A stretch of 64,000 nt of DNA from Raillietiella orientalis (lineage: Eukaryota): positions 3,038,001 to 3,102,000 of the forward strand of contig JAYWIR010000006.1 in assembly GCA_036172245.1 (NCBI GenBank), in the 5' to 3' direction. Both the position numbers and the translations under genes were made by a program. Of the stretch, positions 47,084 through 60,400 are shown one piece after another (the first letter of the stretch is position 1; each line of letters begins with the position of its first letter). The notes under the pieces were generated by a model that made no database searches, had not been told where the DNA came from, and saw only the letters and a list, made by a program, of their open reading frames with translations.

Positions 47084-48253
47084 ATCTCCGGGAGCTTTCC
47101 GGAGGACACAAAGATCATCAGCTTCATCTGCGGGAGCGGCGGCACGCGCCCCTCGCAAGAAGATTTGCCCTCCTCCGACCCCTCTTTCCGCGGTCTCCCC
47201 CTTCAAGCGAGCCACTCCCTCCCTCGACCCCCTCCCCGTTCCTCTGGCTCGTCGGTAAAGAAGGAGGGGAAGGGAGGGAACGACCCGCTCCCCAGGAAGG
47301 TTCCCCTCCCCTTCCCCTGCCCGGCGCTCCCCACACCGACGACTCCCTGGATGAAGGGATGCCGCTGCCGCAGCCTTCGCCGCCACCGAGCCACTCGTAG
47401 CCGTGGAGACCGCACTCCTCCCGTGCCCCTTTTTCTTTTTTTGCCCACCGGTGGCTGCGGGCGGGCGGGACCGACTCGTCTCTCCCCCCTCCCCGCGCTC
47501 CTGCTCAGCCGCCTGCCTCAATCCCTCAGAGGTTTGGGAGACGCCGAGCGCCCTTCGGACGAGGTTCGGCGCCGGAGAGCAAGCGGCGAAGGAAGAGAGG
47601 GGAGGGCACCAGCATCCCGCTGCTGCCGACCCCTCACCTTCCCGAAGGAGAGGGGGAGGAAGCGCGCTCGCCGGGCCCTCCGGGGAAGAGGCGCCGGCCA
47701 CACGGACCGCCGACTCCCTTCGGCAGGGTCTTGGCGGAAGAAGGAGGGAGGTTTGGAGCCGGGGAACAGCGGCAGGGCCTTTCTGGAAACATCTTACCGG
47801 GAAGAGCAGATGGGCCGAGCCTGAGAGGGCGCGGGAAAAGGAGAACGGGGGCGAGAGGAACTCTTTCGGCGGGAGGCGGGGGCGGCTGCTCTGCTGCCTC
47901 CTCTTCGGTCGGGCGTGGTCCCTGCCTGTCGATCGCACCCGTGAGCGGCGGCGGCGGCGGCGGAGGCGGAAGGGCTCGGGTACGACTGTCGCGGGGGGGC
48001 CGGGGCCGGGGTTCTGGCTGCCCTCTTCGGCGGCGGGGGGCTGCTGCGGAGCACACGGGAGGTGGTCAGGCGAAAAGCGGGATGAACGGAAGGGCCGCGA
48101 TCCCTACTGGTTGCACCCTCGCGGCTGTCTCGAGCGGTTTGACCGGCCGGACGGGATGACGGACGCCGCCGATAAGAGAGAGATGCGGACGCAAAACTGT
48201 ATCACTCGACCGTCGCTGCCACGATTTGGGTCAGTTTCGCCGGGGGCTCCTCC

Positions 48254-48260
48254 TTATATA
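48254..48260 (-). promoter_or_regulatory. Candidate TATA box (TATATAA) for gene F, via a non-coding first exon
   Basis: Isolated TATA in GC-rich DNA. A candidate donor cg|gtaaga (47797) and acceptor cccgcag (47128) lie between it and the ATG at 47083. Confidence 0.35.
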
Positions 48261-48789
48261 CGTGACTATGTGTGCTTCTCCCTCTTCACGTCTTTACTAT
48301 TTTTAAGAACAGGACCTGGTGCCTGTCGCCCGAGGCGAAGAGTAGCCGATATGCCGCGCTTTTTTCGACGGCAGAGCGCCCGAGTGATGAACCGCGCGCG
48401 CCCGGGACACGGAGACCCTCGGCTGACCCGCTTCCGCCTCAAAGAAAAGCTCGCGAGCTTGCCTTGTGCCGCTCTGCCTCCTCCCATTCTTTTCCTTTCC
48501 GCCTGGCCGCTTCCCGACTCGCCCCACGGAAACCGGGCGAGGCCCGTGGCGCCGGAGCACGGCCGCTGCCTCCACGGCATTAGAGAGCACCCGTAACAGC
48601 AGCAGCAGTATCAGACCCCCCTTTCCTCCAGTCTTCCCCTCCATGGGCGCCCTCCTTCTCCCCTTTTCTACCCCGACTGCGATGGTGGCGGCGGCGGTAT
48701 GGCTTCCCCCCATCCGTGACGCTGTATGTTGTCGGTGCCGCCGGATTCCGAGCGCGGGACGATCGTGAGGAGAAGAAGGGGGGGGAGCA

Positions 48790-48945
48790 GCACGGCGACG
48801 TTGCTGGGGTAACTGTTCCCAGCGCCCTCATTGTTGCGCGCGAGAAGCAGCCGGGAGATCGCGCTGATGAGGAGGGGGAGGGAGACGCAGGGACGGTGGC
48901 GTTGCCGGGGTAACTGTTCCGGGCGTCCTCATTGTTGCGCGCGAC
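48790..48945. repeat. Tandem duplication with ~100-nt period
   Basis: cgttgc.ggggtaactgttcc.g.cg.cctcattgttgcgcgcga occurs at ~48799 and ~48900. Confidence 0.75.
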
Positions 48946-51900
48946 AAGAGGCTGCGCGCTTTCCTTAATTAGTCGACCCGAACGTTCCGTTCCGCTCGGA
49001 CACACACGCGAGCTCCACGGAGACCTCGCCGCCCAGAGGCGCCAGCGGGTGTGCGGACGAGCCGCACGCCGACGGACCCTTCTGCAGTTCCTCTTCTCCG
49101 GAAGACCCCTCGCACTCCCTCGAGAAAAAGGCTCGGCGGGTACTTGCGGTCCGCTTGCACGCTGCTGCCGCGCGTGCCACGCGGGGGCGAGTCCGGAGAG
49201 GAGATGGGGCGGAAAGACACGCAAAGAAGGGTCGAGAAAAGAGCGAGTGGCTTCGTGGGCGACGGTGTGCAGGCGCTGTATGTGACGTGCCCATGCGGGG
49301 GCGGCACCGCTGCGCGACCCTAGTGGCCGGCGTTCTAAACACCTGAGTCCGAGAACCAAGGGAGCAGGGGACGCCGGCTCGAACATTCCTCTCTCGTTTC
49401 TCTCGCTCTGCCGCCTTTAAGGAGGCGTCTTTCTGGGACTGCAGGAAAAAACGATCGGTTCCCTGGAGAAGAGGTGGAAAGCAAAGGAAACGGGGGAAGC
49501 CGCATTCCCTCCCCTCCCCTTCCTTTCCTGGCTGAGACAGGGAGGGAGAAGTGGAGCCACTGCTGCCGCTTGCGCGTCCCTATGGTGACGGGCTGATGCC
49601 GCTCTTGTCGCGTGGAAGGTTTTTGCTCTTTCGCCATGCGCCACGGGCGGAGCCTTGCTGTGGGGACACGAGGAAAGTGGACCCAGTCCTCCCACCCGTC
49701 CTCCATCCAGCGAGCGAAGTCCCAGGATTCCCACTCGTTTCCATGCCGGCGCCATTTTACTTCCTCCTTTTTTCATGCTTTTCATCAGCTTGTTTTTCTA
49801 TTTTTCCACCCTCATTTTTATATTCCCGTACTTCTATCTTCCTACTTGCTATTTTCTATTTTTCTTACTTTCCGCAGTTTTCTTTTGTTTTTTAATGTTT
49901 TAGGCAAGTTTCCCTGGCAACGGTCCCTCGCCAGAGTTGAGATAGTCTGGGAACGCACTCGCCTCCCTCGCCGGTCTCTCCAGCCGCACGAGGTCCCGGC
50001 GCGAACCCCCCCAAGCCACGAGACCTCAGAGGGCACGCGCCACCTCGTGGGACATCTGCATCTCCCGAAGCCCTTCGCGGACTCTGACCTCCCCCACCTC
50101 GGGGTCTCCAGACCACTCGTTGGGTGCATGAAATTTTTGTAGTCAGCAGGGGTCGGTCATCTGAGGGCTTGAGGGGGTTGACTTCACCGGGAACAGAGCC
50201 GGGAGGGGATTGCCGATGGGGAAATAAAAAGGGGCACAAGGCGCGCTCCCTCATCCACGTCGGAGGACGTGACCGGAGGTGACCTGCTCAGACCACGATC
50301 GTCCTTAGGCCAACTTGTCCTTAGACCCACGCGAGGGCGATGCAAATGGCTGCTCCGGATGGCATCCGCTCCTTCAGAGATCGGCAAGAGAAAGAGGCAA
50401 GTCACCGGTGACCCCGGAAGAGTGAGTCTTCTCCGATAAGTTCCCGGAGCCCATCCTGGGGAAGCAGCGGTGCTCCCGTCGCAGCCTTCGGAGCATCCCG
50501 GAAGCAGCTCCCCGAGGGGAATGCCCTCCCTCGCCCAGACGTGGCGGTCTCGAGTGTGCTGCCAGCAAGGTGACGCCATGCGCTCCGCAAGCCATGCTCC
50601 CGCAGAATGCCTTGCAAGCAGGACCGAGAACAGCCGCTAGGGATGTGACGCCTGCGGCACAGGCGGGGCTGCCATAGGAATCGCGCGCCAGGGGCACCCC
50701 CCGGGAACTTGGAAAATTCGCATCGAGGGCACCTCCATGTCTGAGACGCCTCTCGAGAGGCGCAGAATGGGCGCTGCGACCTCAAGAGTGGAGAACGGCC
50801 TCCCCTTCTGGCGCCCCTTCCGGTCGTCCAAAAACTTTCCTGGGTCGTTCCTCTCCTCCTCCCCACCCCGCCCTATTTCCCTCCTTCCCCCTTTCGTTTT
50901 CTTTTTCCGCCCGTCCTCGTCTCAGACCGGACGTGGGACCCGGGCGCCTCGCGGGGCCGCGGGCGCTTATCTCGCAGCACGCGCGCATCCGGAAGCGTTT
51001 CCCCTCCTCCCCCGCCTTCCGTGTTGACGTCACCTGCGGTCCGGACAAAGCTGCAGAGCGGCGGCAACAATGCGTCTGTCTGTCCCGGAGGCCGAAGTGG
51101 AACGAACCCCGACGGATGCGCCCGGCTGGACGCGTCCGGCCGAGAGCGGACGCAGGAGGCGGCGACGGTGGCAGCGGCGGACAAGAGCGCGCGGCGATCC
51201 CAGACTTTTTTTTGTTCTTTCTCAGAGCCGGACGCCGTCTGTCCTCCGGGATTATCCGCCTCCCCCGTAAGGAGCGCTGACTCCGGGGCCTTCAGAGTCC
51301 AGCTCACCACCATTTTTTCCGATGGAAGGATGAGGTCCCCACCGGTCAATCGGCTATCTTCGCGCTCGCCTCCTCCCTTTCCGTGCAACCCTTCCCCGAC
51401 TTGGATGGACGCCAATCCCGAGTAGCTCTGCTCCCATGAACTGACCCCGTCCCAGATGACCAGCCTTGGCGTCTCGGACTCTCAAGAAGAAACCCCACCC
51501 GGGGCAGGTCCAGGGAGGGAAGACCTGGTGGCAGATTCAGAGATGGGGCGGACAGAACCCCGTGGCGCACCGCTTAGGGAGAGGGAGGGAAGAAAACGCA
51601 CGGAGAAGGAGGGAATGGGGTGCTACCGCCAGTTCCGCTCCAGTCGTTCCATGGGCTCCCTACGCTTCCTGCTCTCGCAGCTTCCGGCTTGGACCGTTTC
51701 CCAGATCCGTCCCGTCCCCGAATGCGAGAGGCGGCGGCCGCACCACGGCCTCCTTCCGCTTCGTGAGGTCGTGCGCGAGGGGCCAACTACGGAGTTTATG
51801 GACGCAACTTCGGCGATGTCCTCCTGGGAGGCGACTGCGAGGAGAAGGAGCAAAGGACGAGGAAGAAGAGAGGAGGATAAGAAGAGGAAGATGGAAGGAG

Positions 51901-52099
51901 GAAGGAGGCGGAAAGGAAGAGGAAGGGAGGAGGACGAGCAAGAGAAGGAAAGGTGGTAGGGAGGAGGAGGAGGAAAGCACGATGCTCGTTGCCGTGGAGA
52001 TCGCTACGGTGCCCGTGCACGGAATAGCCTCGTCACGGCGTCGGTGAAACCACTGCGCCAGGAGAAGCCTCCGGCGACGATTCCCGAGCAGCTGGAGCT

Positions 52100-54450
52100 C
52101 AACAAATGAGAACTTTCGGGAGGGACAACGGACCCTCTCGGATCGTGTCTCTTCGGGCTCTCTCTGCCGAGACGGCGGCGGCGCTGGCGGGAAGGAGGGC
52201 AGACCTCTGTCCCTGCCTAGAAAACGCCTCCTCCGGGTGCCTGCGCAAAGCCCCTGGAGGGGAAACCGAGTAGAGGCCGTCCCTCGATTCAGCAAAGGAG
52301 TGTGGCAGCATTATCTTGGAAGAGCAAGAGGAGCGCCTCCCTCCGCACAGGATCGGGACGTGAGGCGACTCCGGCGACAGTCGAGAGGGGCCAGTGAACC
52401 TTTCCGGGGCATCGGAGGGAGGGACGGAGCTGCCGCAGCGGAGCTCGGGGGTAGAAGTCCTCCCCCTCTGTCCTGTGGATCGCGATGGAGAGCGGATGCT
52501 GGACCATGGACCAGCTGCGCGGGTGTCCCGAACGCCAATCGAGGACAGCCACATGCCCGCACCGCTCCCGGGGAGTTGTAATCCGCGAAGTATCACCTGA
52601 GTCGTCGCGACCAAGGGCACCAGGGACCTCAAGGGGCGGACAGTTGAACGCGACGTGTCTTGGAGGGGGGGGGGGAGGGAGGCGAATCACCAAGGGTGCA
52701 AGTCACCGCGAGCCCAAGTTCTTCCGCTGCAAAAGCACTTCGAAAATTAGCATGAGGGGGGAGCCGCCAATCAGCAGATTCTCTCCTGGATGAGGGGGCC
52801 TTCCGGACACGGCCGCGGCAGACGTGAGGGTGGCCCGAAATTCACCAGAGCTCCCTCATTCTCCTGGAAGAGTAAGGTGGTATCGTCCTGTCTCTGTCCT
52901 GTCTTCTTCCTGCCCTTCTCGCTGAAGGACGAGGCGAGGGGAAACGGGGCTCGCCCTGCCAGCGCAATCCTCCGCCGCCGAGGGCCGCACTGGTCGCTCA
53001 CGAAGGCGCCCAGGATAGGCGACGCCCGGACTCGGGAACGCCACTGAGTGGGCACTCGAGAGCATCCGCCCTCAGATCTTCCCGATTTCGCGATCGAGGA
53101 GACGGTGCCTCTCCCCGCCTCCGACCGAGTCCGTTCTCGCGCCCTGGGTGCCCTGGGAGCTCCCATCGACCCCTCCGCTTGGGCCCTTCCGGACCGTTAC
53201 ATCGACAGACGGACGGCTTCCGGACTCACCTCTCCTCGAGGCTGCGGAGCCACCGACCTTCCCTCCTCCCGAATTCGCCGAGGGGTGGATAGCAGACGGT
53301 GGGGAACGTCCATTCGGGAACGGTGAAAACCGCGTGGACACGCGCGCTGATAGTGCGCCGCATCGCACCACCAGCGCCTGGAGGCGAGGGAACCACGCTT
53401 GCGCACAAGACTACGTCATCTCCTCCTGAGACCTTCGCCCTGGAAGGCGCCAGAAGACTGCCCCTAGAGGATTCCTGCGTCAGCTCCACTCTCGCTGTAA
53501 GTACTCCTCAACTTCCACCGTCTGGCGCTCCTGAGGAGTGCCAGAAGGTACCCGTTCATCCTAACTTTCGGGATGCGCCCGAGGCAACCGGGACTTCGAA
53601 CCCCAGCCAAAGATCCCTCTCCAGGGTGACACTGCAGCAACCTGGGTCCAGGAACAACCGTCCTTCCTTCCTGTTTCGGGACTCGCCGTGCCACGGCTGC
53701 TTCTGTCCCCCTTCTCTACCCTCCCGCGTGGGCCCGTCCGCACCGTCTGAGCCCTCCGCCACTACGACCTTTTAAGAAATGGAGGGAAGTTCCACCGTCT
53801 GCTTTCTTCGGCGGAACCGACCCGGAGGTCTCCAAGGGAACCATGCTGGAGCTTTGCCGTTCGCCCTGAGACGCTCCCGGGCAGAAGCCAATGAGATGCC
53901 GGGGCGAGAAGAAGGTCGATCCGTCTGCATCCTTGATCGAGAGTTGCACCGGAAAGTGACGAGTCCGAGGTCGTCGGTGACTTCAACCTGATACCTGTTG
54001 GTAGGGAAGAAGCCCCATAACGTGAGACGCATGCGGCGTGGCTTTCCATCGAACTGGGGCCCGCAGACGAGAGTGCCTTCTTCCTTTCCATCGGTCCTCA
54101 GAATCCCTTCCGACTCCCCCCAGCGTCCACACCTTGGCCACAAGGTGCTCGCAGCTCGCGGAGAGCCCGAAATTCTCCTCCCAGGATCCTCAAAGTTCAA
54201 ACTGGGTGCTCTGATGCCTCCACCGAGGCAAGAAAAGAGGAAAAGGGAGAGCTATATTTGCCCATGCACCCCCCTTCCCTCTCTGGAGGAGAATCCGTGC
54301 CTCCGATTGGTGGATTTTCTGGCTGCCATTCCGGATTCGTTGGATGTCCGACGTGCTTGCATTCTCCCGGAGGTTCGGCGACCTGCCGTCCATCCGCAGC
54401 GCGCCCCGTGGCTCCGTTTGGTCGTTCCTTCGGATGCCCCGGGGTGCGCG
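52100..54450 (-). mobile_element. Decayed non-LTR (R2-like) RT region
   Basis: GTVSSIAKSG...TQWRS, NFRSAFA (cf. DF.KAFD) and ILRGLQLPG (cf. RGV.QG) in RT order; no intact YADD. Confidence 0.35.
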
Positions 54451-54479
54451 TCGACCGCACTCCGCCGCAACCTCTGCGG

Positions 54480-54720
54480 GTAGGATGGTCCGGGGCGCCT
54501 TCATCCGGAGGTGTGAGTGAGTGCTCCCGCTCCCATCCTTCCAGGACACGACCACGAGGAGGTGAGCGCAGGCAGAGGGTCAGCAAGGGGGAGGAAGAAA
54601 GCGAGGCGACGATGGCGGCGGCAGAACTGCTGACGGTGGTGGAGACAACGACGCCGACGGTGGTCATGAGGGAGAGGAGGAGGAAAGCAGGGCTTCCGCA
54701 GACCACGCCGTGACCATGGT
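54480..54720 (-). pseudogene. Possible decayed hydrophobic-segment exon of the cluster family
   Basis: AIVASLSSSPLLTLC versus gene B AVVAVLLLSSLLTLF: 33/48 nt identical ungapped by hand count. Preceded by signal-like PAFLLLSLMTTVG. Confidence 0.3.
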
Positions 54721-55449
54721 TTCCGTGAGAGGAGGGAGCGAGTTGGTGGGTAGATGAAACGGAGACGGCAGTTGCGGTAATGCCTGAGAAAGGAAGGTCT
54801 CAGTCCCCTTCCTCCCACGAGCTCTTCCGAGCGCGTCAGGGGTGGAGGACGATGAGGAGGACGAGGAACACGGGAGGATGGTGCAGTTTTCTGGCATCTC
54901 GGCTGCTGCTGCTGGTGGTGATGGCGTTGGTAGTGATGGAAATGGTGATGGCAAGGATGGAAGCGGTGATGAGGAAGAGGAGGAAAATGTAGTTCCCTTG
55001 TATTCGGCTGCTGATGCTGAGACTAATCGATGGCGGTTACGAGAGGAAGGAAAAGGGAAGTGCGACTTTCGAGTATCTTGGCGAGCTCCAGCTGCTTCAT
55101 CCAAGACGATAACATCTGGGGACAGAGCTGTCCGCGGCGAAGTCAGTGGCCTCGTCTCGGTCTTGGCCTCGCCTCCCGGTAGACTTATTAGACCAAGACC
55201 TCCCTCCGAGTGGTCGGCATAAAAAGAACCGCTTGCTTCTCTGCTTCGACTGGAATCGGCTTATTCCAAACAGCTTGGTCGGACATTGGACAGTGCGTAT
55301 CAGGATGTCTCAGAACGGACATGTCGGAGCCACTGAGGTGAAATCAGGCCTTCATGGGGTTTTCCCGTTATTGTGGGATTGGAGCGGAGAGAGACGCTTT
55401 TATTCAGGTTGCTGGAGAGCCCGGTTTCGCAGCACAGGTTTCCCTAGCG

Positions 55450-55780
55450 ATGGTCGGTGGAGGGAGGGGAGGGGATGAAGATGCATCCTTTGCTGGGTTC
55501 TAGGTCCCGCAACATTGCTTCAAGGAGGGAGAAAACTCTTTCCTGTCCGGAAACTGGAACCTGCTTCTCCTTCCTACCTAAGTCGATATGGAAACGCGGA
55601 GCCCTAGCGGAGGTGCCCAAGTCGGTGCGGGTCAGCAGACCTCGGGTATGGAACAGCTTTGGAGAGCAGATAAACCTCCGAGTCTTCGTTATTCGTTCCC
55701 TTCCTCTCCCCTGCGTCATCGAACGGGGGGTCTTAGTGTCGGCGATCGACGTGTTCCCCCTCATTCACGTTCCGCGCACC
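55450..55780 (-). mobile_element. hAT transposase C-terminal dimerisation-domain remnant
   Basis: EVYLL...SADPH...SAFP, then (frameshifted) LGRKEKQVPVSGQERVFSLL, matching DPL.W...FP.L..LARK.L.VPA.S..ERVFS. Confidence 0.55.
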
Positions 55781-57049
55781 GCATCACGTCCTCGTTGATT
55801 TCCCGTCCCTTCCCATCCGGGAGGACGGCTGAAACGCTGCTTTTTGCGCGCTGCCCTTGGAGCTATACTTTCTTCCAGCAGCCCTGCTACTGTAACCAAA
55901 GCGGACGGCTACTCGGTCCTCGGTAGCAAGACAGGTGTCAGGGTTGCGTTAACGCAAAAAAAAACAAAAAGTAAAATTGAAAGTTGCCGAGAGGAAAATC
56001 GGCAAAGAATGAACGAGCAGGGTCAACTGTGCAAAAAATATTCTTGCATCCGATGATAGTGAAAACGATGGCGCGTTGCTCGATAGGAGAAGAAGGAGAA
56101 AAGCAAGAAAAAGAGGGGAGAAACAAGAGCGAGATAAACACTCCGGAAAAGCGAAGGGCTTTTGCACAAACCTGCAAAACCCTCTACGAGCAGACTCGTT
56201 TCCAGGGAAACGGTGCAAGCGAAGAGTGAGCTGTAAGCGCCAACAATGCCGGCTGGACGTTTCCCGGCTACCACCTCCCGGTCAAAACATGACATGCGCT
56301 CTCCATATTTCCCGCTCTGTGGGCACTCGATGAGGTGGCGCACCGCTCCCTCGAGCGCTCGTCTGCTGTGAGCACTTTGTCAGGCGGTGAGGCGCAATCA
56401 CGATACCCGAAAAAAAAAAAAAAAAGGGAAAGAAAAAATTAAAAACAGGAAAAGAAAAACCATAGCAAAGATTCGATCTGGTGCGAGAAGCGACCTGACC
56501 TTCGCAAGACCCGTCAGTGAGATTCTCGGGCGGTGAGGGGCGGGGAAGAAGCTGTTCCTCTTCTTCCCCGTCCCACGAAAGTGAGAGGGGCGCGGGGTCA
56601 GTAAAAGTGGTGGAAGGGCTCCCAATGCCCTTAAGTGAGGATTCCGGACGGACGGGTGCATCCGCTGCAGCGGGAGTCGCTCCCCCTCGGAGGTCTTTCG
56701 CTGAAGAAGAATCCGTGGTTTCTGCGAGAGGTTTTCAAGACACGCGGGAGGGGAGGAGAACAAGCACGCCTGCCCCGCGTTAAGCTGGGATTGGGATTCC
56801 TCCGCAGGAACGCCTCTCCTCCCTCAGCGGAAAGACGCGCGGGACTTCCGAGGTCGTCCCGGGGAAGATTGGGGCTTATCCCTGAGGACGGAAGAAAAGA
56901 GGAGCAGAAAGCCTCGGCGGGCAGATGGGGTGAGGGAAGGCAAATCGCTCTGTCCGCCACTCGCCTTCCCGCTTTCCAGCTCACCTAAGAGCGGGAAACG
57001 TTTTCCCGGCCATGGAGTAGGTGGCAGCGAAAGAGACCGCAGTGCCCAC

Positions 57050-57690
57050 CGGCACCGTTGCCTTTGGGAGGGGTCTACTTGCCGGCCCGAGCAGGCATAA
57101 AGTCGGGTGCTGCCTACAGATGCCCGATGGAGGCGCTCCGGTTCGCCGCGCTCCTCCCGCTGCCCAAGGAAGGACGACCTCTCAGAGCCCCTGGGACCGA
57201 CTCCGGCCCCTCTATGTGTATTCGCTCCCTCCTTAGGTCCCTGTCCCTCCTGGAAGTCGCTCGGCCTTGCCCCCGCCCAGTTCTTCAGGAAGCCTTGAGT
57301 CTCTCCTTATGGTGCATTCCCTGGGAAGTCTCTTCGAGACCCGACAGCCGCAGACGCGACCTGACTCGACACCTATGGAGGAGCACCCCTTTTCCCTCAC
57401 CGGAGCGCCCTTCCACCTTCCCAGTCCGGCCCCTCCCCGTGTTCGCGCACAAAGGCGGACACGCGCACCCCATCTCTCCTCCTCCTGCAGAGTGCACAGC
57501 GGCAGTTCGCTGGGCCGCGGCTCTGGCACGATGGGCCCACAAGAGGTGGCGCTCGAAAGCTTTCCCAAGCGCATGAGAGGGCAAAGAGAGGTTTCCTCGG
57601 AGTTCCCCAGGAAGATCCTGGGACACAGCAGTCCCTCGGCGCCATCGGAACGCTGCCACCTTGCCGAGACCTCATCCGGGAGGACCGCCA
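57050..57690 (+). mobile_element. Decayed non-LTR RT fragment (plus strand)
   Basis: ALLPLPKEGRPLRAPGTDSGPSMCIRSLLRSL resembles .L.PK.G.P....D.RPI.I.S.L.R. Confidence 0.35.
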
Positions 57691-57699
57691 GACAAAGCG

Positions 57700-60400
57700 C
57701 CAGAGGCAGCACCAGGGCAGCGGCTGCGTTGCGGTGCCGTCCCCAACGAGACCCTCAGAACCTTTCCAGAGAAATAGCAAAACCTGCTGTTTATTCGTTT
57801 CCGGGATCCCACGAGCCAAGGGTTTCAATGATAAAGGCATGTACAGTGGGTGGCGATGTCCTTTGGGGAGATAGATCCCTCTACGCTTTGGTATTTTTCT
57901 TCCTTTTCCAGTGCTAAACGCATCTCCGTTCTCAGACGTACAGGCTACATCTAGCACAATCATCCCGTCACCCTTTCGCAGCACTGAGAATGTAGGATCC
58001 ACTCCAGGGACCTGCTGATTATCCGAGATCGCCCTCCGTCCAGCAGACGGGGAAGCGGCCTGTTCTGATCGTTCCACTGTGACGTTTCTCCTTGCTTTGT
58101 ACAGAAAGGAGTGCCTCATGTAGTGATTTGGTCCATGAAGCGATGTTTCCTTCCATGTATCACACCTGCGACACAACGACACAACCTGTCTGTTTCCGGT
58201 CTTCTTCGAGGGTTCCGAGTTGGCAACGAGCTGAGCCTTGCTGCACGGATGAAGAGATAATCCACAAATCTTAGGTAGTCACTGTGGAAAAAGGCCGAGA
58301 AGCAAGAATCTCCAATGATGATTGCGGTGGTGATGGACTGCTGAAGGGAACTGTGAAGGAAGAGGTGCTGTAGTTTGGTGTCGGGGCTCATGAACACACA
58401 CACACACAAGCTCACACGCACACGCGGAAGAAAGCATAAAAAAAATAATCTCCAAGCCCACACGTAACCAAAATCCTCGACATAACCGCGCAGCTACCAC
58501 AGGCATCAACCATCAGTAAACAGCGGAGGATTGATCTGCGCAGCTCTTCAGCGCAATACAACATCAAGTGACAACCACCAGCAGCGTGTATTGCCTCATC
58601 GAATTAACGAAGAACTGCTTCTCACTCAGCCATCCGACCAGCCACCAGAGCAGAATACATTAACATACCCACCCAAAACATCTCTCTGAAATCACTGCCA
58701 CGCCCAACAACAACGAAATCTTTAACGGCCGACGATACTCACAGACGGGCAGCAGTCGTTCGCCACAGCCATGAGTGGCTGGAACAGCCAAGCGTCGTGC
58801 CTTCGAGGATTCTAGAGGCATCCAGAACGACCATTTCCCGCATGTTCCCCCTCCCTTCCCCTCTGCGCTGGCTTCCAGCAGGAGGAGGAAAGAAAGGAAA
58901 CAAAGTGCACGTCCACCTCTCTGATGTTTTCAACTCCCATCGTCCCGGCAGACTTGACGGCTGCAGCTACGCGGCGTTCTTCGATACTGGGCGGCGGCTT
59001 GTTGCAACGCGCCATCCGCTGCCATATGTCTGAGGGGAAGAAGAGAGACTTCCCGCTGGGCGCCCGGCATTCCGCGTGGCAGCATGGCGGCGCATCGAAG
59101 GCATCGATCGCAAGTCGCCACGTTAGCCACAGTGTCCCCTCCCCCCCCTTCTTATGTTTCGGTGCGCACGCTTTGAACGAAGGATCCGCAGTCTGCATAC
59201 CTTCCGCGCGGCAAGGTGGCACCGCGCGAAAGACGTGACGCATGGCCTCGACAAACTCTTCGAGCACAAGAGCCGGAAACCTCAGGTGGCTGCGGGCAGC
59301 GGGGCGAACAGGCTAGTGACAAAGAACCAACACGAAGATGGATCGTTCCTCTGGCTGTTGGCGTCGATGGCACTCGAACTCGTCTTCTTCTGTGACGGGG
59401 ATGCCGTTGCGATTTCGGGACGCGCGACGACCACCGGAAAACCTCCGGCAGAGCTCAACGTGAACGCGCCGGATGTCTCCTCCTTCATCCGGACCGTTGT
59501 TTCCTTCCCGCGCGACATCGGGTGCACGAGGACTCCCCTGTTCGGAGGGTGAAAGGACAAAATCCGGCGCTGGCTTCGCGACGGCGAGCCAGGCGGAGGG
59601 CGGACGGCGTCCATCGTTCTCTGCTTCCAGTTCGTCGAGAGCTCAGGTGCTCCGGGCGCGAACCGCTGCTGACGCATAAGGCTCCGATGTCCAGGACCAG
59701 AGGGTTCCCCGAAAATGCACGCCAGCAGAGGAAGCGCGCTGGAAAGGAAAGGCGTCCCACGCGTGTGCTGCGTGCAGGATTGTACGAATCGGTGGGTACC
59801 CACCTCCCGCCGGCGGGGGTCCAGCCTCTACGAGGGCCTCTCCAGAGCTCCGCTGCTTCCCAGGAAGACGCCAGAGCACCCGTTCCAAGCGCCGCAGACC
59901 TAACGCCCTTGCGGATAGGAGAAATAATAAGGGTGCCCGCGGGTTGATAGGACTACGATAGCGACCCACATCTTTAAGGCATAACGGTCGGCAGTGGACT
60001 TTGCGTGCTACATAAATGATGACCGATAGGGGTCAGTGGTGGAATCCGCCAAGAGAAATTTCCGAAGAAACGAGAAAGAGACTTCGCGCTCCTCCCGCGC
60101 TCTGGAGGCGTTCTCACGACGTTCCGTTGAATAGAGGATGCTGCCCAGCCGTCGTGGAACGGGATCTTTAGCTCCCGGAACTTCCCTCTGCATTCCCGAG
60201 CACACGCGGACCGCGGCTTCCTCAGGCGGGGATGAAAGGCGGCGGGAGAGGTCAAGCGGCACACAACTCTTTTTTTTCTCCTTGTCACGGCTCACGCCCT
60301 CCCGGAAATCTGTGTTCGGCGCGCGAACTGCTCGTCCGCTTCTGCTGAGCCGCCACTTCTGGAGGAAAGACGAAACGTGCGCGCGTGCGAGTGCGCGGAG
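57700..60400 (-). mobile_element. Decayed Utopia/NeSL-like non-LTR retrotransposon (RT + CCHC knuckle + REL endonuclease), interrupted at ~58310-58740
   Basis: Frameshifted motifs: DYLRFVDYLFIRAARLSSLPTR (cf. RFADWRFIHRARLN.LP); CRRCDTWKETSLHGPNHYMRHS..KARRN; VLRKGDGMIVLDVACTSENG; AFIIETLGSWDPGNE. Weaker RT traces lie upstream. Confidence 0.75.

Noticed and set aside
46304..48596. 544-aa minus and 397-aa plus ORFs
   Set aside because: Only 46693-47083 looks coding. The rest is low-complexity read-through.
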